Below, piece by piece: positions 11,152-21,902 of a stretch of 64,000 nucleotides of DNA. Position 1 is the stretch's first letter, and every line of letters starts with the position of its first letter. The position numbers and the translations under genes were made by a program. The DNA lies in assembly GCA_000091205.1 (NCBI GenBank), contig AP006491.2; one strand, 5' to 3'. The DNA comes from Cyanidioschyzon merolae. Its lineage: Eukaryota. Under the pieces are notes generated by a model that was not told the DNA's origin, did no database searches, and saw only the letters and a list, made by a program, of their open reading frames with translations.

Positions 11152-12729
11152 TTGGACAGTATGCCAGTTCGTTTGCGTGCATGTCGCAGATTTCGAATGA
11201 TTTCACGTATTTCAAAGCTAATAGAATTCACTAGAGTAAATGCCGGGAATGCTAGCATTTTCTTCAGTGTTTATACCTGTTCGGTACCGGATCCATCACA
11301 CGGCATGTAGGTCGCTAGAGCCTCTGCCGTGTCAGCGCCACTGACTGGGACGCCTGCGAGGCTGATTTCCATTCGAGGTCGCGCGCCAGTTTTCGCGGAA
11401 ATGCCTTAGCGTTCCCCGGGTGTCTGACATTAGAGGCACTACATAAGGCCCCAGCGGCTTTCACCACTGCATCATCATTGTTTGCTCTGCTCAAGTCGTC
11501 CACCAGCGCGCGAACATGCTTTCATGTTCGTCCTCTGGGGCATGTGGTTTAAGTGCGCCCGCGGATTCAGCGGGATTCGTGCGCACCACAACCAGTGTGT
11601 GAGCGCCGAATCTTCTGGGGCGTTCACGGATGTCCGCGGCAGGCGTCTTTTTCAGGGTCGCCGCCCTATTTGCATGCACGGTACTGTCGTCACGCAGACA
11701 GCGCTCTGCAAAGCAAAGTCATGCTGCAGAGTACAGCGGCCGTCAGACAGTGGCGAACCCCGCGTCCAACAGAGTCAAACGACGAAAAGAACACGATACG
11801 ACGGGTTTCAATCGCGGGGCGCTTCGCTGACTTCCGACGGGTGCTCCACAAGCAACGCCCACAACAGCCAACTCGCGAACGACGCGAGGTCTCTGGGTCC
11901 GGGCACAAGATGCTCGAGATGCGCGGACGCTCTGCTCGGTGGATCGGCGCTCGTGACCATGGAATTTTCCAAACTTTCACTTGTTTCTATTCCAGCTGTG
12001 ATCGCGCTCGACAGAGCGTCCATCGGGAGCGAAAATGCGTGGTTGCATTCAGAGCATTCTGCTACGTTTCAAACAAGCACCTATTTGGACGCTCTCAAGC
12101 CTCCAGCGTCAAAGGAAACCGCGTATCCAGCCCTGATTCGAGTTCGTCCCGAGCACATCACAGTATCCCGTTTTAACATCGAACAACCTCGAGTAACACA
12201 ACCACAAATCCATAAACACCTGTTTCGTACAGACTTTTGGAACGTTTCGAGCACCACGTGTGCATGGACCGGCACAGGAGCACGACTTGCCGATGGCGGT
12301 TCGTACGGTTTTTTTTTTTCCGATGACGAAACGTTTACATTGACCATGTATCGCAGAATTTGGGATGGATAATGGCTTTGGGGAAAGCGTCCATGATGAA
12401 GGACCTACCTTCAAGTTCCATGACCCAGACTCGATTCGAACGATGCATCGGCAGCCTGCGTATGCGCATGGAGGCGGTTCGATCTGAGCGCGCTGCAAGT
12501 CCACCCCCATGGGTGTCCCATCCGAAAAATCTTCTTCGTGGAGACGCATCGTCGTTACGCTCTGCGACCTGACAGCTTACTTTTGGAGACACATTTCATA
12601 ACTTTAAGCTGCGGATCTTTAGAAAAACGTCACGGGCTTTCTTGACAGAACGTATCTTGTCCTGCAACGTGCGCTGGTCGTGCCGGCTAGAGAAGGTCGG
12701 CGCTACTGCACAGCATACGATCAGATCGG

Positions 12730-14169
12730 TTGTTCGCTTGCGCTCCGTTCCTTCGCGTGCACGCTATGGAAACTGGTCCAACACATATGGGCAGAGGCCG
12801 TGCTCGCTGTGCTCCGGGCAACGGCGGAGCGCATGCAGTTCTGTTCGTTCCGGCTAGACACCTGTTGCGCGAGGAAAGAAAAGCACCAACGTCACCAAGA
12901 GTGGCGTGCTCGCGGTACCGCGACAGGAAGCTGCTTCAAATACGCTCCCTGCGTATGGAACAATCAAGCCAGCGACTGCCGAAAGGAAGGCTAGAGAACT
13001 TCTTCGTGCTACTCGGGAAACAGTGCGTGCGGGAGATCCGTGGCACCGTCGAAGCCGTTGCAGCTGCCACGACGCGGCAGGCGAAGACTCCGTCCGCGTC
13101 GCAGGCGCGTCTAGCGGAGCTCGCGATCTCCGACGAGCTCATCGCCAAACGCGAGAGCCTCCGGGAAAGTGCAACGCATTACCTGAAAGCGGCACCATGG
13201 CTTTCGAGAATGACCTATACTCTTTTGTGCCGCTTGATCGAAATGCTCTTTCGCGACAGACCCATCGAACGTTTTTGGTTTCTGGAAATGGTTGCTCGCG
13301 TTCCCTACTTCTCTTTTCTATCAGTGTTGCATTTGTATGAATCGTTGGATCTTGCTCATCTCACGGAGCTTCGGCGCGCTCATTTCATAGAAGAGTGGAA
13401 CGAAATGCACCATTTACTGATTATGCAAGCGCTTGGTGGCGACGGCCGGTGGCTGGACCGCTTCCTCGCATATCACGTGTCTCTCGTGTACTACTGGGCA
13501 CTGGTTCTCCTCTACATGATCGCACCAGCGGTCGCGTACAACTTCAGTGAGCTCTTAGAAAAGCATGCCTACGACACGTACGCGGTGTTCATCGAGCAAA
13601 ATGAGACGCTGCTGCGCACGCTGCCGGCACCTTCGGTTGCCCGAGCGTACTACGAAAGCGGTGAGCGCTTCCGTTTCCGAGCGGACACCATCAATGCAGA
13701 GACGCACGCGTGCGAGGGCCCCCCGGTTGCGACGCTGTTCGACGCTTTCGTGAACATTCGCGATGATGAGGGCGAGCACATCAAAATGATGGAATTCTGC
13801 CAGACGGAAATCATCAGCACTGGACAAGCTTCGGCGACAGGAGACCAAGCCGATCTGTGTGGATCGAGAGCGGCGGAGGCACCAGCACTCGCGGGTCTCC
13901 TGGCGACTTTCTCGACATGCATTCGTTCATCGGAAGATCGCGATCGCTGGAATCGCTGGCAAGCAAGCGCTGAGGAATGGAAACGGAAGCACAGCAGAAC
14001 GCCAGTGCCATTTCTGAAACCATCTGGAGCCGCAAGTGCGCAGCTGACACGCAACTGGAAAGTGCACGCTAACGAGGGGTACGCCCCTATCCCCGAAGCG
14101 ACGGACCGAGGTGGACATGCTCTAGAGAACGGTCATGTGGGGCCAGGAGCGTCGTCTCCGACAGCGTAG
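12730..14169 (+). CDS. PTOX: Plastid terminal oxidase (PTOX/IMMUTANS, di-iron carboxylate quinol oxidase), paralog 1
   Basis: RFWFLEMVARVPYFSFLSVLHLYES, HFIEEWNEMHHLLIM, NFSELLEKHAYDTY and DDEGEHIKMM carry all six Fe-ligating E/H positions of the AOX/PTOX family. Matches PTOX rather than mitochondrial AOX (LET/EEAENERMHL pattern absent). Alternative start at 12955 (MEQSS). Confidence 0.85.
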   Translation: MFACAPFLRVHAMETGPTHMGRGRARCAPGNGGAHAVLFVPARHLLREERKAPTSPRVACSRYRDRKLLQIRSLRMEQSSQRLPKGRLENFFVLLGKQCVREIRGTVEAVAAATTRQAKTPSASQARLAELAISDELIAKRESLRESATHYLKAAPWLSRMTYTLLCRLIEMLFRDRPIERFWFLEMVARVPYFSFLSVLHLYESLDLAHLTELRRAHFIEEWNEMHHLLIMQALGGDGRWLDRFLAYHVSLVYYWALVLLYMIAPAVAYNFSELLEKHAYDTYAVFIEQNETLLRTLPAPSVARAYYESGERFRFRADTINAETHACEGPPVATLFDAFVNIRDDEGEHIKMMEFCQTEIISTGQASATGDQADLCGSRAAEAPALAGLLATFSTCIRSSEDRDRWNRWQASAEEWKRKHSRTPVPFLKPSGAASAQLTRNWKVHANEGYAPIPEATDRGGHALENGHVGPGASSPTA

Positions 14170-14871
14170 TCCAGCGCAGATGATCGTATGACGCCCCTCG
14201 GCACGCTCACCGCTCTGTAACTGCGGCGACCTGGCGTGTGGCGGTCTGTCAGGTTCGCGAGTGGCAGGCATGTGCCGCCTTGTATCAACGCATCTGCAGG
14301 TGCGGCTAGCGTTCGACCCTCGCAGCTGGCAGCATCCTCGCGTTCAGAAGATTCTGGTTGGATTCATCGATCACATGCCATGGAGAATCAATAGATCATT
14401 CAGTCGACATGTCGCTACTCTTTGTCATGCATGGTGCGTGAAACCCGGGACGTGAGAACCTTAAAAGTCGTAAATCGTGGCTGATCTCTTGTTGTGCGGA
14501 TACTTCTGGGGTGACGCTGGACCCGATTTTCACAATCAGCGATACGTACTGAGACTATTGCAGTTTGTGGTGGAAGAGCACCCACGAACGCCGAGCCCCG
14601 CACGGCGTTCGTTTGCTCCAAAGTGCGATCGCAAGTGACGGCCCTATGTGGCGGCGATATCCCGTTTGTCGCTCTTCTTGGAGCGCATCCTGCGTTACCG
14701 CTGGGTCTATTGAGGGACCGACGCATCACCGCAGCGCAGTGACGAGCACATTCGACGGGGCCTTCCTGTCGACGCTGCCGAGAGTCATCCTTCGCGAGCA
14801 CGTCGTTCCGTGCTAGCCGCACCCGTGTCAGATGAAGATGAAGACTGAACTGCTCGCTCTGTTCCTGCCTT

Positions 14872-15075
14872 TTGGTCTTTTTTCGGAAGTTCATCAGTAG
14901 CCGTACTGCCTCAGCATTCGATATGCTGCTTTTCGGGATTATGGTTTTATTAGTAGTTTTCGGATTCTCGGTGGCTTTTTTTGGAGTGGCGTCTGCGATG
15001 CCTCGCCGCTCGAGCCCTTTCAGTTACGAAAATCGAGAGCGTGCGCGACGCTCACGACAAAGGGTTCGTAAATGA
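14872..15075 (+). CDS. Possible small single-pass membrane protein, 67 aa, between the two PTOX genes
   Basis: MVFFRKFISSRTASAFDMLLFGIMVLLVVFGFSVAFFGVASA followed by Arg-rich tail. Short ORF in AT-richer spacer; may be chance. Confidence 0.15.
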   Translation: MVFFRKFISSRTASAFDMLLFGIMVLLVVFGFSVAFFGVASAMPRRSSPFSYENRERARRSRQRVRK

Positions 15076-16476
15076 AACATGATCTTTATCCAAAGCATAC
15101 GTACAAGTCTGTATTCTTCCCGATTCATGAAGAAGGCATGTTCAAATCATGCTTGCTTCAATTTTTTGGATCTTTCCGTTCCGGGACAACTCGCGGGCGC
15201 GGCAATTCGCAGCGCTGGATGAACGAGCAGAAAAACTCGACGTCCTCCAATGACGACTTGTTTGGAAGCTCTTGCCCAAACTTTCCTGAAGTTGTCAGGT
15301 TCTATTACTGACTCATCCCGGGAGACAAATTATCCCCCTTTTGTGGCTATCAATGACAGGAGACTCAACGGCAGCATTCTATCTCTCAAGGGATAGCCAT
15401 CCACACGTTACCATCTTTTCTATTTGACTAAAACGGGTTTTGGACAAGTATTTCAGTCGCCGCAGCAATCGCTTTTGGAAGCGAGTCCATCAACGCTTCG
15501 CTAGCAGGGAGCGGAAACGGAACCGAATTTCTCGACATAATCCCCGGTCCGAATTCTTCCTTCCGGCAAGTGTTTCATCATGGACATCATCGCGCATTAC
15601 TAATTCTTGATCGAACGAAAGCGAATACGCTTGCGTGTGCAGCGGACGGAGAACCCGACAATGTGATCGTCCACAGGAAGCCAGTGATCTTCGGTTTCGG
15701 CACTGGGCACGGAAACGCAAAAGCGCATTCGGGGGATCCTTCTGTACCCGCCAGTGGCATGCATTGACCGATAAAGCATCGCTCCGTGCGCTCCAAGGTG
15801 GCTGTCAACAGAGGAATTCTGGTGGTATTCTAGAACACCTGACCACAGCCGAGTGTCACCGCTGCAAGCGCTTACCCATATTGTGTAAATTGAAGATACA
15901 ACTGGCAAGCCACGCGTACATCGCAGCTTCCGTCTGCGCATCAATAGCATCGACAACAGCCGAAAACAGCAACATCGGGACTCGAACGATGCGATCAACA
16001 GCTCCGACTGCTGACCGAGGAGCGCTAGGGAACGAATAGACCGGCGTATCTATAGCTATAGATAACAGCGAGCAAGCGAGAGGGAGGGAACGGAAAAAGC
16101 TTCAGGAAAAGGACCCCAGTACAGGCGTTGATCACAACTGAAAGAGCGTCCTGCACGCTAGCGTGTACGCCCGTGCTGGAGGACTCGTTCCATTCGACTC
16201 TGAGATCGTTGTTTCGTGCCGCTCCGCACGTGATACACGCAGCACGAATGCCGCCACCACCGCTGATCGGGAAGCGCCACCACAGCCGCCACGCAAACAC
16301 GCATATGAACATCGCGAGGGGCGCTCCCGCGGGCTTCCCCGCGCAACGCTGCCGGACAGGCGGTGACGTGTGTGCGCGCGCAGCCTCGCCCCCGGAGTCG
16401 AGGATTGCCAGAAATCTCCGCGCCTTCCAGGATTTGTTGGGCGTTGTGGAACGTGAGCTTCGTTCGAGAACCGCTC

Positions 16477-17769
16477 ATGACTGGTTTCATTTCGACGCGT
16501 GCGGGTGTATCTTCGACTTGGAGAGAGCCTGGAAGATGGCAGACGATACGCAGTAGTCGTAGTGGCGGCAGGTGTTACTTCAGGTGCCGTCGTCAGTTCC
16601 ATCTCTGGGCGCGCCGCGACGCCAAGGCTCCCGGCAAGTCCGCAGCACGCGAGCCGGTGAGTAACAGTACGGGGGAAGCGAATGCGCTCAAGCCTCCTGT
16701 GCCCTATGGGTCAATGCTGGAGAGGGAACGAAAGGAGCGGCCTGGAAGTGCTGGTATTCTCGGTCTCCGGAACTTTGTGAGAGAGTCGCGAGCAATCGCA
16801 CTTGATTTGTACGATAAACTGCGGGGCATTGATGAGAGTCGACGGCTGCCGGGCGCTCTGGCGCTGACACTGGATGATGCGGCCGTCAATGAACGAGAAA
16901 AACGTCGAGATGAGCTTACCGGGTATCTCTCGAACGCGCCGTGGATCTCCCGCGTGCCCTACGAGATCGCGTGCCGTTTCCTGGACTGGGCCTTTACGGA
17001 TCGTCCTATCGCGCGTTTCTGGTTCCTCGAGACCGTCGCGCGAATGCCGTACTTCTCGTATCTGTCAGTTCTTCATCTTTACGAGACCTTCAACTGGTTG
17101 CACCTTGCGGAACTCCGACGAACGCACTTCGCCGAGGAGTGGAACGAACTGCACCATCTGCTCATTATGAGCGCACTCGGCGGCGATGCCAAGTGGTCGG
17201 ATCGTTTTCTCGCATACCATCTGTCGATCATCTATTATTGGCTACTCGTCGTTATGTACATCGTATCCCCGCGTCTGTCGTACAATTTTAGCGAGCTGCT
17301 GGAGAAGCATGCCGTGGACACATATGAGCAGTTTCTCACAGAAAATGAGCATCGTTTGAAAGCACTTCCAGCACCCGCGATTGCCGTTCGCTACTACGCG
17401 AATGAGGTGGCTTACACATTCCAGGCTTTTGGTGATGAGAATGGATCTGCAGTGGAGACCAGTCGGCCTCCTGTGCAGACGCTGTATGATGCGTTCCTGA
17501 ACATTCGTCTGGATGAGGAGGAACACGTTCGGACAATGGAAGCGTGCCAGAACTACGATCTGGTTGAACGTTTGACTTCATCGCCGTATCTACGTGAACA
17601 GAGCCCGGAAGATGGCGTTCCCGCACATGCGGACAAGCACGCAGAGGAGTCGTCAGCCGACCAGACGGGCAGCCGCGCCGCCTGGAACCGCTGGGCTGAC
17701 GCTGTCAACCAGGCCGGGCGTCGACCCGGACCTGACACGCGCTCTGAAGACGCAGACCAAAAGCCTTGA
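16477..17769 (+). CDS. PTOX: Plastid terminal oxidase (PTOX), paralog 2; tandem duplicate of 12730..14169
   Basis: RFWFLETVARMPYFSYLSVLHLYET, HFAEEWNELHHLLIM, NFSELLEKHAVDTY and LDEEEHVRTM; roughly 65% identical to paralog 1 over the catalytic core by eye. Start placed at MTGFISTRAG (Phe near N-terminus); the ORF in the track opens at 16363. Confidence 0.85.
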   Translation: MTGFISTRAGVSSTWREPGRWQTIRSSRSGGRCYFRCRRQFHLWARRDAKAPGKSAAREPVSNSTGEANALKPPVPYGSMLERERKERPGSAGILGLRNFVRESRAIALDLYDKLRGIDESRRLPGALALTLDDAAVNEREKRRDELTGYLSNAPWISRVPYEIACRFLDWAFTDRPIARFWFLETVARMPYFSYLSVLHLYETFNWLHLAELRRTHFAEEWNELHHLLIMSALGGDAKWSDRFLAYHLSIIYYWLLVVMYIVSPRLSYNFSELLEKHAVDTYEQFLTENEHRLKALPAPAIAVRYYANEVAYTFQAFGDENGSAVETSRPPVQTLYDAFLNIRLDEEEHVRTMEACQNYDLVERLTSSPYLREQSPEDGVPAHADKHAEESSADQTGSRAAWNRWADAVNQAGRRPGPDTRSEDADQKP

Positions 17770-17913
17770 GACCTCTGCTTGAAACAGGGTATGGGGAATA
17801 TTTGTCCAATTTTATGGGGAATCAACGTGGCACACAATCTATGGTGCGAAAATCAATGAAACAGGGTAACGGCAACGATGGAGCATCGAATGCACTGTAA
17901 ACGATACCGCGCT

Positions 17914-19065
17914 TCAATCGATGCAGCTTTTGAAGGTGCAGCGCTCTGGTGCGTGGCCCGCTCGTCCGCATTTCGCACAAAGCGGCTTTTTATAGCGCAG
18001 GCTCGGATAGACGACTTCGTAGAGCTCATTGCTCAGGCGCAGGAATTCATCCGCTCGAATCGCGAGTCTTGCCATGATCTCGTTCCATCCGAGACTTTGT
18101 TGCGTGTGGAGCGCTATCTCGGGCGCTCGACGTAGATCCCAGGAGACGGGGCCTTGGCTTGCCACCGGCGAGGTGTAAACAGCAAATGCCTTGAATAGAT
18201 GGACGTCGAACAGGCGCACAGCTTCCAGAACATTGTCTTCGAGTTTCTGGTCCAGCATGCGCTCAACGAAAGCCCTGCCGCTTTCGCTCATGGGAATGCG
18301 TTCATTCTTCACCGCCAGGCTCCACGCCTGGACGTGCGAAAACAGCAGCAGCACGACAACGAACTGCCGTTCAGTGAAAGACGGTAGATGGTCTAGTGCG
18401 TCCAGTATTCGCTCGAGAGGGCTTCGCGTGGATCGCGGTGCTTCGCCCGGCTGACTCGCGCCCAGCTTGTCGGCCTCGTCCGCGACCCAGCGGTCAACGG
18501 AGAGCGCGTGGTTCTCGATACCATCCAGCCAATGGTGGACGACTGACGCTAAGTACATGTTTCCCATCACCAAACTACTCCAACCAGTACGTGTCGTCGA
18601 CGAATCTTCGTGGGACCTCCTTGCCGAACACTCATCGCCAAGTAGCAGTTTCTGGAACTTGGTTCCGAGCGCAAGCAAGTGACGCTCGTGCTGAAGAATC
18701 TGCGCCTCTTGCAGTTTCCCTCTTTTAGCGTCTTCAAAAAAGCGGTGGCTCGTGATTCGCGTCCATAATAGAAAGTTTCTCTGCACTATCTGAAACGTTG
18801 CCGAGGGCACGTACACGAGCGCACCGAGCACGCTCATCGTCTCCCGGTACGTTTGCTCTGCAACCTCATCAGGCTCACTTTGACTTCGTTGGATCCAAGG
18901 CTGCCCCAAGTCCATACGAGAGCCGCGTTGAGGGAAGGCCCCAGGCCGCGCGTGTGTCCCGCACGTGCCGAACGTGTTGCGTTCAGCGCGGACAGCGTTG
19001 CCGGACGCCGCGTCGAGGACAGCACCGTTCGCGTTGCAGGCGAGGGTGAGGGCGGCACGAGGCAC
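17914..19065 (-). CDS. Hypothetical protein with C-terminal CCHC zinc knuckle
   Basis: 383-aa ORF convergent with PTOX2. Final 25 aa are KKPLCAKCGRAGHAPERCTF, an exact CX2CX4HX4C motif. Body not assignable to a family (weak, unconvincing resemblance to prenyl-synthase-like helices without DDxxD motifs). Confidence 0.45.
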   Translation of the reverse strand: MPRAALTLACNANGAVLDAASGNAVRAERNTFGTCGTHARPGAFPQRGSRMDLGQPWIQRSQSEPDEVAEQTYRETMSVLGALVYVPSATFQIVQRNFLLWTRITSHRFFEDAKRGKLQEAQILQHERHLLALGTKFQKLLLGDECSARRSHEDSSTTRTGWSSLVMGNMYLASVVHHWLDGIENHALSVDRWVADEADKLGASQPGEAPRSTRSPLERILDALDHLPSFTERQFVVVLLLFSHVQAWSLAVKNERIPMSESGRAFVERMLDQKLEDNVLEAVRLFDVHLFKAFAVYTSPVASQGPVSWDLRRAPEIALHTQQSLGWNEIMARLAIRADEFLRLSNELYEVVYPSLRYKKPLCAKCGRAGHAPERCTFKSCID

Positions 19066-20036
19066 GCCCGCGTGCTACTGCGGGCGCTTTTCGACGGTAT
19101 GTAGGTGCTGCGCACTCGCTGACACACGGAGTTGCGTGATGATGATTTGCGTTCGATGAATCTAAGCAAGTCGTTCCTGAGTGCTCAGGTGTTACCAGAG
19201 GCAAGCGAAAGAGACCTCAGTGTTGTCGGCTTCGCTTCTGCGTGCCATAAACGCCGGAGGTTTATTTTCTTGAATTTGTGGAAGCTACAGCACGCTGTCA
19301 ATTGGCTGATGCGTTCAGGTCGACGAATCTAACGAGGTTCCAATCGCATATTAAAGTGTTGCCAGAGGGAAAGTCGAATGGATCTAGATCCCGTTGTGTA
19401 CGCTACTGTGCAGCATAACAACCAGAGATTTATTTTCTTGATGAATAGAAGAAGGAGAGATGCAGCGGCGTGCTGCGTTTCGAGCGCATTCCAAACGCTC
19501 GCTGCGAGGTAAGCTGCACCTCTACAGCGGTTGCCGCACAGGGACGGAATGGCTCTGTGTGTACCTTGACGGGTTTCGGCTCGCAACGTGGGTCACCGGT
19601 CGACGAGTCGTTACTCGCCATCGTTCAGTCATTCGGGAGGCGTCAAGAGAGACCTGCTGGTGAATGCGGCGCAAAACAACACGCTGCCTGACCACAGCGA
19701 ACAGGGCGACGCCTAGACGCAGGCCGCCGCGTCCTAGCCCCAGAAAAAGCTGCGTTAAGGATGATTTGCGCAGGTCTCACTACAGCGCACCAGACCAGCG
19801 GGGTCGTCTGCCTCGCGGGGCTAACCGCCCAGAAGGTAAACGCTGGAATACACGGAAAACTATTCCATTTTCATATCTCGCCTTTGAGGGAAAAGAAACA
19901 GATAATTAGCTGCTAGTTCGTACTTTGCTTCTGCCTCTCTCGTATCCCGACATGATGCGTTCCGCGCTGGCGCGTCTCCCGCACAGCACGCCTGGGAACG
20001 CGTGCCGAGCGTCGCCGCAGCGGCGCTAGGCGTTCG

Positions 20037-20291
20037 TTGCTGCTCATGATGACGCCGTCACGAGACGGTAAACCGGAAGAAGCGCACCGTTCGGCTGAAA
20101 GCGCGAGTTCTGGGGAAGGGTTTCGTTCCTGGAGAGCCCTTACCCGAAGGAACTGGACAACTTTCGGTGGTATTTTGGCGCTAACCGCATCTGTCTACGT
20201 GTATACCCTATATCGAATGCGTTCCACGGCGCCTGGGGATCTTCGCAAAACGCTGCCGTTGCCGCCTTCCGATGAAAAAACGGACAAGTAG
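20037..20291 (+). CDS. Possible small membrane protein, 84 aa, one TM (COX16-like guess only)
   Basis: Basic segment then TM WTTFGGILALTASVYVYTLYRM. Short ORF, no strong family signal. Confidence 0.2.
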   Translation: MLLMMTPSRDGKPEEAHRSAESASSGEGFRSWRALTRRNWTTFGGILALTASVYVYTLYRMRSTAPGDLRKTLPLPPSDEKTDK

Positions 20292-21575
20292 CAACATGCT
20301 ATCGTTCATCTCTTTGAAGATCGTTTATTGTGACAGAACGAAGTCTCACGCACTGCACTGATGGTGGACGGCGCTCGCCACGCAGTGCAACGGCGAACGA
20401 CACGGACACGCCGTTCAAGAGTCGAGTTCCACACTGGCCCGACACTCGGTCAGGTTTTCGTGCAGCGTTCACGCGAACTTTGAAAAGCGATATCCGATAA
20501 CGTTGGTAGCGCTCTGAAGTCGCGTGTATTTTGAAGATCGGCGCGTTTGTACCTCGGTGCGCCAAAACGTCGCAGAAAAGCATGCGCTTCTTCGACGCCG
20601 CTGGCGCCTCAGCTGTGCACAACTCTGTCCACGCGTAAGGACGCGAATGAGCGGGCATAAAGAGTGCAGTACAAGCGATCGGGCCGTACTGTCGTAATAC
20701 ATTTGGCCTTGGTTTCGCATGCGTTTCGGGTACGAGAACGTGCCGGTGGTCAGCAACCACTGGATGATGTAGCGTACGCGATCATTGCTCTTTTCCAGGA
20801 TGATCGTGAAGCTTTACGAATATTGCTGGTAAGGATTCGACGCGTGCGCGTTGTTGCGACCATATCCCGGGTACTGGTATGTTGCGTGTGTCGCTCAGGG
20901 ACGGGTTCAGGTGCATGGAAACTTTGCGCATGGTGGAATGTCTTCGCGGATGGGTTGCTTCTAGAGCCAGCAGTGCGATGCGTCCAGTCCGTCCCGAACC
21001 ATACCCCCGTCATCCTTGGTAAAGAAACGTTCCATTTGGGGCGATGTCAGGTCTTTGGGCGCTAATGCGACTGACCGGCGTATGCGACCAGACGGTGGTT
21101 GGCGCTCATGCGTATCGCGCTGGAGCTCGTGTGCGGTACCCGCAGTCTCCAGTTCCCTGCGCTCCATATCGAGATGAAGTGCTTCGCAGCTTCGAGCATG
21201 GTGCAAGAGGTTCGTTTCTCCAATTCAGCCAGGGCCCGAGGTGCTCGTGCTTATTTTGCGCTGAGTTTTCGTCACCACAAGGGTTGCCCTCTGCCCGAGC
21301 TCGACACTGAAACGACACCGGCATGCCTGAGGCGGCTCGCGAGCGCTGCATGGATCAAGCGAGGCGCCGGCCCAGTGCCGTCAAGGTTTACTGCCCTGGC
21401 GGCCGGTGTATGCAGCGTACGCTTGCCGCATATTGCGTGTTGCACGAGTTGCGGTGAAGTCACCGGGAGCCGTCCTTATCGGGTGCGGCTGTGGGTGCTA
21501 CTCGAGCGCACCTGCCAGGGCAAAAACGCTGCCTGCGTGCCCACTTGACGGGAGGCACGGACGGCGACGCTGGCG

Positions 21576-21648
21576 TACGTCGAGCGAGGATCGAACTCGC
21601 GACCTCCTGCGTGTAAGGCAGGCGAAATCACCACTATTCCATCGACGC
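21576..21648 (-). tRNA. tRNA-Val (anticodon UAC), 73 nt, no encoded CCA
   Basis: Minus-strand read GCGTCGA-TG-GAAT-AGTGGTGA-TTTC-G-CCTGC-CTTACAC-GCAGG-AGGTC-GCGAG-TTCGATC-CTCGC-TCGACGT-A. 7-bp acceptor stem (one G-U), D-loop AGTGGTGA, 5-bp anticodon stem, anticodon TAC with U33/A37, T-loop TTCGATC. T-run (plus-strand AAAAA at 21522..21526) downstream on the coding strand. Confidence 0.75.
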
Positions 21649-21681
21649 GCGGCCGATGTTCGCTTGCGTTCAAAATTGACT

Positions 21682-21688
21682 TATAAAG
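21682..21688. promoter_or_regulatory. TATA-like element (TATAAAG) between tRNA-Val and psbU, followed by a G-run tract at 21713..21754
   Basis: TATAAAG lies about 35 bp upstream of the tRNA-Val 5' end (minus strand) and about 215 bp upstream of the psbU ATG (plus strand). The G-tract gggcgggaggg...gggggg.gggggg is G-quadruplex-capable. Confidence 0.3.
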
Positions 21689-21902
21689 CCCTTTGGCGAT
21701 CGCGCATCTCGCGGGCGGGAGGGTCAAGCGCGGTGCGAAGCGGGGGGCGGGGGGCACGCGAGCTCTCGCGCTGCGCCGGAGCTGCGGCGTGCGTGCGTGC
21801 ACGTCGTGCTGGTTGCATTGCTCGCACGCAAGCGCGTTGCATCACGTTTCAGCACGTCACCTGCTAGAGCGTTCCAGGAACTGACTGACTCAGGACCTCA
21901 GT

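Noticed and set aside
11482-12372. 296-aa plus-strand ORF in the gap between the 10.6-kb ORF and PTOX1
   Set aside because: No recognisable motif. Ser/Arg/Cys-rich with low hydrophobic content. Likely a chance ORF in a GC-rich intergenic region; kept out of the feature list.
12461-12500. GGTTCGATC-containing segment considered as a second tRNA T-arm (also 25195..25215)
   Set aside because: Flanking bases do not form a T-stem or acceptor stem. No cloverleaf can be drawn.
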